Below are positions 25,735 to 38,046 of a DNA stretch of 64,000 bases, piece after piece. Each line of letters starts with the position of its first letter. The first letter of the stretch is position 1. Both the position numbers and the translations under genes were made by a program. The stretch is from contig CM075989.1 in NCBI GenBank assembly GCA_038087875.1, positions 24,554,001-24,618,000 of the forward strand, written 5' to 3'. This DNA is from Malacoraja senta (taxonomy: Eukaryota). Under the pieces are notes generated by a model, which ran no database searches, was not told the DNA's origin, and saw nothing but the letters and a program-made list of their open reading frames with translations.

Positions 25735-27000
25735 AGGTTTACTTTAGTTTATTGTCACGTGTACCGAGGTACAGTGGAAAGCTCGCTTTTGTTGCGTGCT
25801 ATCCAGTCAGCGGAAAGACAATACATGACTACAAACCCCGCAGTTCCTAAGGACGCGGCCAGGGTCTCCATCTGGGCCAGTTACTATCCACGAATTCACC
25901 CTCAGGAAAGCCGATCTAACTTCTGCAGCAGTGACCTCGGGAAGAGGCACACTCGGGTCTGATGGACCAGTTGGCCCTCGGCTCAGAGCGAGCATAGAAT
26001 GCATTAAGCTCATCAGGTCGGGCCGGACTTCACGTTGCAGCCAGTTGTAGTATTCAGACCCTGCCACATTCTGCTGGTGTCCGAATGATTATACTGGGAC
26101 TCAAGCTTGTCTGGTATTGTCTCCTGGCATTCTTGATGATCATAGCAAGCTTTCTTGTGCTGCTCGGGATTGTTTGACTTGTCTGCAGCGGGCCTGGCCT
26201 TCACCTGTGAATGTACCTGGCGGTTCATTCTTGGTTGCCGGTTGGGGACACTTGGATTGTCTTCTTCAGCACCCACTCCTCTATGCACTTGCTGGTGAAG
26301 TCAGTCACAACAGTGGCGCACACATTTATGTACGATGTGTAAGATGTCATCCGTGTCCCTTGACCAGATTTCACAACTCTCTGTACCGGATCTGCCTGCT
26401 TCAGTTTGTGGTTTGTAGGCAGGGAACAGAAGCAATAGACAATAGGTGCAGGAGTAGGCCATTTGACCCTTTGTGCCAGCACTGCCATTCAATGCGATCA
26501 TGGCTGATCATCCACAATCAGTACCGTTTGGTGATCAGATTTCCCCAAATGTGACCGAGGAATGGAGCGGTAGGTGTTTTTTATTAATGTGCAGCAGTAG
26601 TCGATGGTGTTGTGGCCCCTGATGGGACAAGAGACATGCTGGTAGTACTTTGGTTGTACGCCGCTGAGGTTGGCTTGCTTGAAGTCTCCGGCTACAGAGA
26701 CCAGGGCTTCGGGGTGTTATTGGTAGCGGCGTACAGTTCATTCAGAGCAAGCTTGGTGTTCACAAGGGGAAGGATGTAGACTCAGGATAGGTGAGGTGAA
26801 TTCCCTCGGCAGGTAGTAGAGACGGCACTTCACGTCAGATATTCCAGGTCTAGGGAGCATGAGCTCACCGGGACCACCACCACTGAGCAGCACGAGGTAT
26901 TGATTAGGAAGCAGACCGCACCGCCTCTAACCTTGCCCGAAGATGCCGTACGGTCCATCTGGTGAAGGGAGAAACCCCTGGATATGGGGAAACGGCTCCA
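25735..27000 (-). mobile_element. Decayed Rex1/Babar-like LINE: AP-endonuclease region joined to the 3' UTR
   Basis: GFSLHQMDRTASSGKVRGGAVCFLIN (APE domain) and EVRSAFLRVN...GPDG.PGRVLRNC, then an abrupt switch to the 3' UTR at about 25832. Confidence 0.7.
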
Positions 27001-27795
27001 TGGTAACTTGTTTCCAAAACTAGGGTAACAGTACATCAACTGTAATTAACTTTGTTAAACTTAGAAAATGTAGAGCAGTTCTTTTGGTCAGTTGGGTTAT
27101 TTTGATCACAGAATAGCCACCTCAACCTGAAGCATTAACACCTCTATTTCCCCGTCCACACACGGAACTTAATCTACTGAGTATTGCCAGTATTTTCTGT
27201 CTTTATTTCTGGCATTTGCTCTTTTGTTATTTTTGACTTAAAGAAAGTATAGTTTGTTTAGTTTAATTTATTTTATTGTCACGTGTACCGATGTACAGTG
27301 AAAAGTGTTTTATTGCGTGCTATCATCATCGTTGAAAACATTAGCGACGCAGTGGTGCTGGTTTCCGTCGGGCACAGTGACGGGCACGGTAAACTTTAAA
27401 TAGCATACATCTTCAAATGATAAGAACTATTGAAGCTGTTTAATATAATAATAATAAAGATTTGTTTGTATCTTTTCAGTGAATGCATTTGAAGAAAATT
27501 CTAGAAACAAAACTGCAGATGCTGGCTAATATACAAAAAGACACAAAGTGCTGGAGTAACTCAGCAGGTCAGGCTCGAGTGGAGAAACATTGCCAATCTG
27601 CGTTCTCCAGAGATGCTGACCTGCTGAGTTACTCCAGCACTTTGTGTCCATTTGTGAAGAAAATTCATACTGAAATAATAATCCGTGTTAAACTCCCGTC
27701 TCTTTGTTGCAATGAACCTCAAAGAGAAGCAAAGCCCATGTCTGGTTCCTGGTGCACGATCGCCCAAACCAAGATGGGATCAGTAACCAAGCTAA

Positions 27796-28120
27796 GGGTG
27801 GTACGGTGGAGCAGCGGTAGAGTTGCTGCCTTGATTACGGGTGCTGTCTGTACGGAGCTTGTACGTTCTCCCCGTGACCGCGTGGGTTTTCTCTGAGATC
27901 TTCAGTTTCCTCCCACACTCCAAAGACATACAGCTTTGTGAAGGAATAGCAAGATTTAAAAAAAACTGCTTTGGTTAATTGGCTTGGGCTTGTATACTTG
28001 GTATACATGTAAATTGTCCCTAGTGTGTGTATGCTTGTGTTAAGGTGCGGGGATCGCTGGTTGATGCGGACTCGGTGGGCCAAAGGGCCTGTTTCTGCGC
28101 TGTATCTCTAAACTAAACTA
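27796..28120 (+). mobile_element. HE1-like V-SINE with head deletion and a templated insertion
   Basis: Consensus match; extra sequence at 27940-27972. Confidence 0.85.
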
Positions 28121-30547
28121 TGCTATGTATTGATAGGGTGCATGGTGGAATCAACCAGGTTGCTGCTGCTGGCCACTGGCCTTGGAGCATTACTGACAAT
28201 AGTGGTTTCATGATCCGAGATGTGGACGGGAGTGAATGACTCTATAGGATGGCATGTGATGACTCTAATGAATGAGTATCTGACCAGCACCCTGAACCCT
28301 CATTTGTGTAAAGAATGAACCAAGCAAACCCCCGACACTGAGGCACCCTGGGCAGAGGAGAGGACAGGAGAGGCAAGAACAGCAGCTGAACTATCACATG
28401 GAAATAATCCATTTTAGAGAGCAGAGCCGCTGGCTGGCAGGTTAAATGCCGTTTTTTAATCTTGCTATTCCTTCACAAATGTAGTGCTGCTAAACAGAAG
28501 CAGATGTACAGTGACATTTGCCCCTCGGCACTGCCCTGGATCCCCCCTGCAGAAAAGGGTTTTGTTTTGTCGTGCATCTTGCCGTTAGTTTCACTACCAT
28601 CTGTGCTCTTTAAATTAGACATCTCGCTAGCTTAGATCCCTCACCAGGTGTGAGAGCATGCCTGTGCCGGTACACTAATTATCATCATTGACTGGAGCGT
28701 GGATGTTGGGTCCTGGTATTTCCAACATAAATCCTAAACGCCGTTCCAACTCTGTGGCTTGAAGGCTGAAGCGAACAAAAGAAATCTCAAATAATCTTGT
28801 CGTCATCTCGCAGCAGTGCGTTCGACAGAAGTTATTCCTCAGATTTCCTGTGCGAGGTTGTATTTTTCTCCTTAGTTTTCAAAAGACTACTTCAGTCAAA
28901 GGATTTGCTGAACAAAGCAGCTTATATTTAACTTTACAAAGCCCGGGCAATGCAATGTTTTCCCCCACTTCATTCCGACGTGGTCAAAATTAAAAACAAT
29001 GCAGAGGCTGAGAGACATCAGAACCCCTCGCATTCCTGGGTGTACATTACAAATCAGGGTAAGGGAACTCTACGTTGGTATTGTCCAGAGAGTTTGGAAG
29101 TGAGACTGAAATGTTGGAAAGAGATAAGCAAGTCAGTGAATAGCCTGATTATTGCTTAGTGATTGAGGAAAAAAACACGTCTTTCAGATTCCCCCTGCCT
29201 AAACTACTCCTCGGGATCCTATAAAATCTTTCCCCCATCACCTTAAACCTAGGTCCTCTGGTTCTCGATTTCCCTACTCTGGGCAAGACACTCTGTGCAT
29301 CTACCCGATCTATTCCTCTTATGATTTTGTACTCAATAAAATCATCTGTCATCCTCCTGTGCTCCAAGGACTAGAGACCTAGCCTGCTCAACCTCTCCCT
29401 ATACTCAAGCAAATTGAATCCTGGGGCAAGTTGGGCCGAAGGGCCTGTTTCCACGCTCTATGACTATCAATACCTTTGTTCTGCTTACTTTCTTATATAT
29501 GAAGGTATACAGAAAGTAAGCACCATTGCTTTGTTTTCAGTAGCCAATTATCTAGTTACAAGTACCGTTTATTCCAGCATAGAGGTAGCCAGTGTTTGAT
29601 ACACGTTGTAATTCTAACCATGGTACACGACCTGATGGCAGATTACCTTCTGAGAGAAGGCAGGGCTGAATCCTCACGGCAGAGGTTTTTCCCACTACCA
29701 GCCAAGCTCAGACTAGAGCCCTTGTCTGAAGAATGGTCTCCACCCGAAATGTCACCAATTCCTTTTCTCCAGAGATGCTGCCTGACCCGCTGAGTTACTC
29801 CAGCACTTTGTGTCTATCTACAGCCGACAGAGGATTTGAGTGTGTCACGGTGCTGCAGCTTTTGAGAATACTTGTGGCTCCATGAAGGAAAACATTGTTT
29901 CGCAGGTGGCAAACACGGAGTGAGTTCTTGTGGTGGCTAGTTAACAATTGTATGGGTTTGGAATAACTTTTAAACCTGTGTAGGTATTTAAAAAGTCCCA
30001 ACACCTCCTCCCTATCGAGGTGAGGTATAGGTCTGAAAAAGTGTCTCGGCCTGAAACGTTACCCATTCCTTCTCTCCAGAGATGCTGCCTGTCCCGCTGA
30101 GTTACTCCAGCTTTTTGTGTTTCTCTATATATTTGCATGCACTTCCTCCAACCACATCTGCTGCACATGGTAATATTGGTGTGGTCATCTCTATATTGGT
30201 GAGACCAAGATTAGATGAGGCGGCCGTTTTTATGCAATAGCTACTCACTGCCTGTTTTGTCTTTTGCGTTTTGCTCCAGAATACAGCGTTTTCAGTCTGT
30301 GCCTCTCACAAGAAAGATAAAATATATTTCCAGCTGAGAATTCTATGTAACAGGTTGTTTGAGACTCTCCTGCTAATAAATTCCCATTCGGTCTCTATGT
30401 GATAAGGTTTCCCCTTTACTGGGGAAAAGGGTTGTCACAGGTTGCTGCAGGTTGAATGAGTTTAAAGTATTCCTCAACATCTTTGGGTGCCTCTCCTGTT
30501 CCCTTGATACGGTCTGAAGATGCTGGAGTAGCCTCATAATGTAGGAG

Positions 30548-31431
30548 TTTAAGAAGGAACTGCAGATGCTGGAAAATCGAAGGTAGACAAAAGTGCTGAC
30601 GAAACTCAGCGGGTGCAGCAGAATCTATGGAGCGAAGGAAATAGGCAACGTGTCGGGCCGAAACCCTTCTTCAGACTTCAGGAGAAGAAAGGAAAAAGGA
30701 GGAGGAGCCCGAGGGTTGAGGGAGAGCTAGGAAGGGGAGGAGACAGCAAGGGCTAACGGAATTGGGAGAATTCAATGGTTATGCCACTAGGATGCAGACT
30801 CCCCAAGCGGAATATGAGGTGCTGTTCCTCCAATTTCCGGTGGTGCTCACTCTGGCCATGGAGGAGGCCCAGGACAAAGAGGTCGGATACGGAATGGGAG
30901 GGGGAGTTGAAGTGCTGAGCCACAGGGAGGTCAGGTTGGTTAATGCGGACCGAGCGGAGGTGTTCGGCGAAACGATCGCCAAGCCTACGTTTGGTCTCAC
31001 CGATGTAGATCAGCTGACATCTAGAGCAGCGCGGATGCAATAGATGAGGTTGGAGGAGATGCAGGTGAACCTCTGTCACACCTGGAACGACTGCTTGGGT
31101 CCTTGAATGGAGTCGAGGGGGGAGGTAAAGCGGCACGTGTAGCATCTCTTGCGGTTGCAAAGGAAAGTGCCCGGGGAGGGGGTGGTGCGGGAGGGAAGGG
31201 AAGAATTGACAAGGGAGTTACGGAGGGAGCGGTCTTTGCGGAAGGCAGACAGGCGGGGTGATGGGAAGATGTGGCGAGTGGTGGGGTCACGTTGGCGGTG
31301 GCGAAACTGACGGAGGACTATTTGTTGTAAGTGACGGCTAGTGGGGTGAAAGGTGAGGACTAGGGGGCCGCTGCCCTTGTTGCGAGTGGGGGGATGGGGA
31401 GAGAGAGCAATGTTACGGGGTATGGAAGAGA
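30548..31431 (-). mobile_element. Penelope-like retroelement, shorter 5'-truncated copy of the same family
   Basis: Closely matches 54364-55250; GIY-YIG region with a 2-bp insertion near 31030. TSD CTCATAATGTA(G/A)GAG at 30533-30547 and 31432-31446. Confidence 0.9.
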
Positions 31432-31816
31432 CTCATAATGTAAGAGGTTCAATCTCGCTGTGGCAGCTACAATCTTTAACATGTCTTGGAGTCAGCGTGA
31501 ATAAGTGCTGAGTTGTTGAAATATTCCTAGTGTTGGTCATCCCAAGGACATTGCCACTGGGAAACAGGTAAATGATCATGCTTTTGCATGTCGAAAGCAA
31601 TAGGTGAACCTTCTGTTTGATAATTGCTGGTTGCTGGCTTGGTATCTGTTGGTGCCTGAAGCTAATGTTAAGGTATCATCATGTCAGTCCAAGGCTATAA
31701 ATTGCTTGGTGACAACATGTTTGGAGAGACAAATCGTTTCTGAAAATCAAAAAGAAAACTGCAGGAAAACTGTTGGAAATCTGAAATAAAAACAGAAAAT
31801 GCTGGAAACACTCAGT

Positions 31817-32105
31817 GGGCACGGTGGCGCAGCGGTAGAGTTGCTGCCTTACAGCGGTAGAGACCCCTGTTCGATACTGACTATGGGTGCTGTCTGTACA
31901 TTCTCCCTGTGACCGCGTGGGTTTTCTCCTGGTGCTCCAGTTTCCTCCCACATGCCAAAGGTGTACAGATTTGTAGGTTAATTGGCTTTGATAAAAATTG
32001 TAAATTGTCCCTTGTGTGTAGGATAGTGCTGGTGTACAGGATGAACGCTGGTCTGCTTGGACTCGGTGGGCCGAAGGGCCTGTTTCCGTGCTGTATCTCT
32101 AAAGT
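31817..32105 (+). mobile_element. HE1-like V-SINE
   Basis: Consensus match including A/B boxes and tail. Confidence 0.85.
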
Positions 32106-32646
32106 CGAAAGTAAAGTCTCCCACATCCCAAAACCGTGCAGGTGGTGGGTTAATTGGCTATTATAAACTGCCCCAAGTGTGAGGGTAGAATCTGGATGAA
32201 GTTTATGGGCATATGAGAAGAATAAAATGGGTTACAGCAGAATTGGTGTAAAAATGGATGCTTGGTGATCACTGTGTACATGGTGGGCTGAAGAGCCTGT
32301 GACTCTGAAACCTTTGCTCCGTGTCTGTTTTATCCTGTCCCTACATCCCAGCAGTGAAAAGTATTTAATCCTGCATTAATGCTATTTGGATTTTAATGGC
32401 TCAAAAAGACATACAAAACTCTTTGTAATTGTAAGTTTTTATATACACTGCGGTCCTGGTCACGCACTGTTTATGGACTGTGAGTTGATGGGGAAGGATA
32501 TTTTCATCACAGTTATTACTCCTGACTGTGACTGTAAACAAAGCTGGAATCATTTCAGCTCCCCACGTGTAGCTGTTCATTTTCTCCAGCCCAGGACAAG
32601 TGCTCTTTAGGTTTGTGACCATTGCTTTCTCCTCTTTGTGATGCAG

Positions 32647-32835
32647 GTAATTCCGAGTGATCCCGACTGGGTTCCCACAACGGAAGAGGAGTACCTGCAC
32701 TTTGGAGAGAAAGCTGATTCCGTAAACCAAGCGCACAAATACGTGAACACTGTCCGTAAACGGAAAGGTCTGTATGTGGAAGAGAAGATTGTTGAGCATG
32801 CTGAAAAACAGAGAACCCTCAGTAAAAATAAATAA
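32647..32835 (+). CDS. EFL1: EFL1 terminal coding exon
   Basis: Acceptor ctttctcctctttgtgatgcAG, encodes [62 protein letters not shown] (the EFL1 C-terminus), TAA at 32833-32835. Confidence 0.97.
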   Translation, partial: VIPSDPDWVPTTEEEYLHFGEKADSVNQAHKYVNTVRKRKGLYVEEKIVEHAEKQRTLSKNK

Positions 32836-33650
32836 CTGCTTCAAAATGTTCATTCTTGCAAGGATACGGCCTCATCTGTAAAGAGTGGTAAGGTTGCAGA
32901 TGAAATATAAAATTAGCACATTTGAGAGCTGGCAAATTCATATTAATATTTTTAATATGAAAAACCCTTCAAACTCAAATCACTGTTCCAATTATTCAAT
33001 ACAAACTGCCATCAGCAGAAGTCACGGTTTAACTACAACATGTTAAGATTATATGTGAAATATCCTTTTTATTGAAAGAAAATGTGCTGCAGTTACTTAA
33101 AAGTGTGGCTAATGAAGTCAGGCATTTGTATGGCACCCTGTGTCGTTTGTAGATGCTGGCAATTGACATTCATTTGGTCTGGTTTGAATTACTCTTAACT
33201 AACCCGAGAGCCAAAAGCAGCCAGCACAGTGGAGTCCTTTAATCATCCTTAATCCTGATTCAGTCGATATAGATTGAAATTTCAAGAATGTAATGCTCAC
33301 AAACTCCTGGTGGACTGCACTCACCAGGTTTAAATTAAAACTAATTAACCACCCATTGAAATAATTTTACAGGAAGAACTGAAACCAGTGACTTTACTGC
33401 AATGTGGTACAGCTTTATAGAGGAAGTGTCTGTGAAAGTTCCATTTTGGGGATGCCCACACATTCTTGGGTGTTGTTCAGATGGCTGTAACACACTCGGT
33501 TACTTCCAAGATGTTTGTAACTTCCATAAAGTACAATGGGGACTCCACCTTCTGCAGATATTACAGCCTCGGCGATATGTTACTTGTTCAAAGATTTTGG
33601 TTGTATAGAAAGTAATCTTGAAATAAACAAGTTATTCTATAAATGCATCG
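32836..33650 (+). other. EFL1: Probable EFL1 3' UTR; candidate poly(A) signal AATAAA at 33622-33627
   Basis: Repeat-free AT-rich sequence after the stop. AATAAA at 33622, ATTAAA near 33334, and another AATAAA inside the last two codons (32827-32832). The true 3' end cannot be fixed from sequence. Confidence 0.5.
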
Positions 33651-33960
33651 CAGTGCACATGTTTCCAGCTTTACATCTCAGAGCTTACATTTCCATGCTC
33701 CAGCCCAAACCGCACAGAAAAAAGGATGTCTCTGTTATGAGAATTCAGATTGGGCTCCGGTTCCAGTTCTTTTGTATCACAGCACATGGGATTCACATAG
33801 TCTACTGCTGATCATTAGGTTGCTTTGGATAATTCAAATTGTTTCAATGCAGGCAAAGAACACAGATTGGAGTCGCAATGTTCCCAAAATGAAGTGTTAC
33901 CTTAATTAAGAGTAGACTATGAATGCATTTTTACATCAATCTTCTGTAAACATCAACTTT

Positions 33961-34786
33961 GGTCAGTAGTTCGGCGGCTGCGGCTCGCCTGCAGTCCGTC
34001 TGTCTTTTCTTTCTTTTTGTCCTGTTATGTGGATGTTTTTGGTTTTAGTCTTACTTTATTTTTAGCTGTGTATATGCGGGGGGGGGGGGGGTGGGGGGGG
34101 AGGTGGGTGGGGGAAACTTTTTAATCTCTTCCCTGTACGGGGACGCGACTTTTTCCCTGTCGAGTCTCTGTTGTCGTTGGGGCCTAACATCGTGGAGCCG
34201 GCGGCCTCCAACCGGATTCGACCTGGGGCTCCAGTCGCGGAGCCTACGGACTCACCATCGCGGAGCTGGGCGACTTCGGAGCACGGAGCGCTGTGGTGGC
34301 GAGCGGCTGCGACCCGACTTCGGAGCTTTGGAGGCTTCGGCTGCAGGCCCTGTGGACATCGGGAGCTCGCGGGTCCCTGGTGGGAGACCGCTCTTCGAGC
34401 TCCCGCAACGGCAACTTCGCCCGCCTGAATCGAGGGGTTTAAATCGACCCAGAGCGGGTCCTTGCATCGCCCGGCGCGGCTTAAACGGCCGCGGGACTTA
34501 CCACCGCCCGCCGGGGGCTCCAACATCAAGAGCCTCGATCAGCTCGATGCAGCAGTTTGACTGCTTGACTGCGGGAGAAGAATAAAGAACAGAGAACAGG
34601 GATGAGATAAGACTTTTGCCTTCCATCACAGTGAGGAGGTGTTTGGAGATTCACTGTGATGAATGTTTGTGTGGAATTGTGTTAATTGTGTGTTATGTTG
34701 TTTTGCTGTTATGACTACAGGAACGAAATTTTGTTTGAACCTTGGTGTTTAAATGACAATAAATGGCATTCTATTCTATTCTATTT
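33961..34786 (+). mobile_element. CpG-rich non-coding interspersed element with TGACAATAAA + (CTATT)n tail, probably a non-autonomous retroelement
   Basis: Sharp GC/CpG rise, G-run at 34078-34112, 3' end resembling the Rex1-like tail. Related architecture at 49455-50240. Confidence 0.55.
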
Positions 34787-37569
34787 TAGTTTGTGATACA
34801 TAAAACCTTTTCTATTTGCTGCATTGTAACATATAATTAAAGATTGATTCTCTAATGCGTATGTAATGTTACTGTGCTTAAGATGTATGGTTCTGGCAGC
34901 TGACCAGTTTTAACAATAGTGCATCAATTGCCTCTAAATGTCGCTGCAGATTTACTGACCTATTTATGGTGTGTATTTGGTTGGAATAATATGACTGAAT
35001 TATAAACATGAGAAGGTGGTACAAATCGTTGGAAGAAATTATATTAATATATTTTTAAAACATTCAAACACATATGAAAATTAAAAAGACAAAGTGGTTG
35101 CGAATGAAAGAGGCTGTTTGGAAAAAATATATTGTTTACAGTAAGACAGATAATCTATCAACCCCAGGAAGGGTTTCGGCCCGAAACGTTGCCTATTTCC
35201 TTCGCTCCATAGATGCTGCTGCACCCGCTGAGTTTCTCCAGCATTTTTGTGTACCTTCGATTTTCCAGCATCTGCAGTTCCTTCTTAAACACTTTGGTTA
35301 TGTCGAACAGGCAAACTTTTTGGACTATGGAACGTTGCTCTGTTAACAGTCCCACATACTTATAATTCATGTTTAAGAATATATTACACAGTAGTAAGTT
35401 TAAGAAAGAATTGCAGATACTGGAAAAATCGAAGGTAGACAAAAAAGCTGGAGAAACTCAGCGGGTGAGGCAGCATCTATGGAGCGAAGGAATGGGCGAC
35501 GTTTCAGATCGGGACCCAAGGGTCTCCATAGATGCTGCTTCGCCTGCTGAGTTTCTTCAGCTTTTTTGTCTACCTTACACAGTAAGTTTCAAAGTGAACC
35601 CAGTGAGGTTAAAGGGGGCAGAGAAACCAAAAGCGAGCAGGTTAAGGGGACTATGTGAACAGGGATGTGGGTGAGTGTTTAAAGGCAACACTGGAAACTC
35701 TGCCCCAATGGGCAGCTTGCTGAACCATTGAGATTACTGAACAATCAGAAAGCGATTTCTCATAGTTTGACTGGAGCTTAATAACTTTTCTGCAACTTTC
35801 TATGAGTAAAGAAGTTATATTCTAATGAATCTATATATTTAACAATAATTCTTGGCTTTGTTTTTGTTCTTTTCTCCCACTCCGTACCCTTTGGGGTGCT
35901 AATGTATGGCAAGATTTAAATTCTACTTTTGTAAGTGTACATTAACTGTGGATGTTGACCTGTTAAAGGCAGATATGGACTAATCTGTTCTTGAACTGGC
36001 TGATTAAATATGGATTGGGATTAAAAGGTACTCGAGAGCACAATTTTATTTAAAGCGGTTAGGTCCACATTGTGGACCTCAAAGGCAGACCTCTGATGTT
36101 TATCTCCTCACCCGTTAGTCTTGGAAGAAACTTCCTGGGCTGATCAGTGCAAGATTAGATCTTTGACTAGTATATCGAGAAAAGATACATTATCTGTAAT
36201 AAATTTACGATAGTTTATTGTGAAGGTCATGGATAATTGGGGAGGATTTCCTCAACAGGTACCAGAAACCCCTGACACACGTACTAATCGAGAATCTATC
36301 TTTGCCTCAAGAATTCCACAGGTTCACTGCCACCACTGGGAGCAATAGGTTAAAGGAAAATAAGGAGCAATATTCAGAGCACCATATACTATGTAAACTA
36401 GACTTGGGTTGTTAACAGTCCAATCTTCTCAGAGGTTGCGTCACATCTCATTCAAGGGTCCTGACCCAAAACGTCACCCATCTTTTTCTCCACAGATGCT
36501 GCCTGACCCACTGAGTTACTCCAGCACTTTGTGTCTATTATTTCCAAGTACAGTTCAGTAGTGCGGATGGTAAATGATGCTGAATACATTTCACTTGGGT
36601 AGCTGGCGTGCTTTACCGCTTGAATAGCACCAAGTGATATTTGGGTTGGGATTTGAAGATATCAGTGAATAATGGTGTCTTGAATCTTATTGTTCTTGTT
36701 CATTGGTTATGTTATAAGGGTCATTCATCTTGAGAGTCAACTACTCAATGGGTCTCTCTGCTCTCTAGAAGCAATGCCCTTCAATAGCAATACTCTTTGT
36801 AGCTGTATATGTGCAGGAATAAACTATGTTACTGTATTATCTCCGATAAAAACAAACCCCAATGCATAACAGAAATTCTGTGAAAAGATAAAAATTATCA
36901 TTGAGTTCAAAGTACATCGATATATTCCAGATTTAGTTTATGATATTATACAAGCTTGTTTTTTTCTGTATTAATAACATCTTACATTTGTTAATATATA
37001 ATTAAGCTGGCATGTGTACATGTAATATACCATCCATCTGCTTATCTACTTGTCTATATGTAAGTGTGTGACTTAGATAAATGAGTAGATTAGCAGATGG
37101 ATTATTTAATATAATTGCCAGCTTAATTATACATGAACAAACTCCATTTGTGCATGGGCGATTTTCTAGTTATGCTGTCGTTGTTGATCATAGTGATATG
37201 ATCTTGAATCAGGATTCATTTTCTCTTAATTTCCCTCAGTGTTACAGATTAATGTTCATGACTCTCTCCCCATCATGCTGATTAACTTCAGCTCACTGTA
37301 GTACAGAGGAGACTCTTGTACCCACAACCTCTCCTGTCCTGTGAGGGTCAGCTTCAGAGCAAGGACCAGCCTCGGCAAAGCTTCTAATTCTTGACTCCAA
37401 CAGACAGACTAGGGCGGCACGGTGGCGCAGTGGAGTCATAGAGTGATTCATTGTGGAAACGGGACCTTCAGCTAACTCGCCCACACCGGCCAACAATGTC
37501 CCAGCTATCCTAGTCCCACTTGCCTGCGCTTGGTCCATAACCCTCCAAACCCATCCTATCCATGTACCA

Positions 37570-37774
37570 GAGTTACTCCAGCACTCTGTGAAACGTCACC
37601 TATCCATATTCTCCACAGATGCTGCCTGACCCACTGAGTTACTCCAGCACTCTGTGAAACATCACCTATCCATGTTCCCCAGAGATGCTGCCTGACCCGC
37701 TGAGTTACTCCAGCACTCTGTGAAACGTCACCTATCCATGTTCTCCACAGATGCTGCCTGACCCACTAAGTTAC
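37570..37774 (+). repeat. 66-bp pLTR-derived array, left part (continues 42516-42657 after the Gypsy insertion)
   Basis: Same unit in reverse orientation; the register resumes exactly after the GTTAC TSD. Confidence 0.9.
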
Positions 37775-37977
37775 TGTAAAGGATTGATATCGAGACATCG
37801 TTACTTTACTATCTTTATTCATACTGGACATTATACATTGCACTAGCTGTACGTGGTCTGTCACAGGAACTAGAGGGCGATCTGTGGGTGTGGAGGTTGT
37901 AGTTATACTTGTGATATGGGGAGTGGTTAGTGGGTGTGAGGTCACTATGTTAAAGGCACATGCATATCTCATCTACA
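37775..37977 (-). repeat. 3' LTR (203 bp) with AATAAA at 37814-37819 (minus)
   Basis: Direct repeat of 42314-42515, preceded on the minus strand by the polypurine tract. Confidence 0.95.
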
Positions 37978-37989
37978 TCCTTCCTCCCC
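37978..37989 (-). promoter_or_regulatory. Polypurine tract GGGGAGGAAGGA
   Basis: Immediately abuts the 3' LTR on the minus strand. Confidence 0.85.
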
Positions 37990-38046
37990 GAAACGACAGG
38001 CAAATACAAAGGTGACATGGCGACCACGGCTCATGCGCTAGGATAG

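Noticed and set aside
34062..34585. CpG-island promoter or first exon of another gene
   Set aside because: Overlapping ORFs lack recognisable homology; the region ends in a retroposon-like tail and has a structural counterpart at 49.5-50.2 kb.
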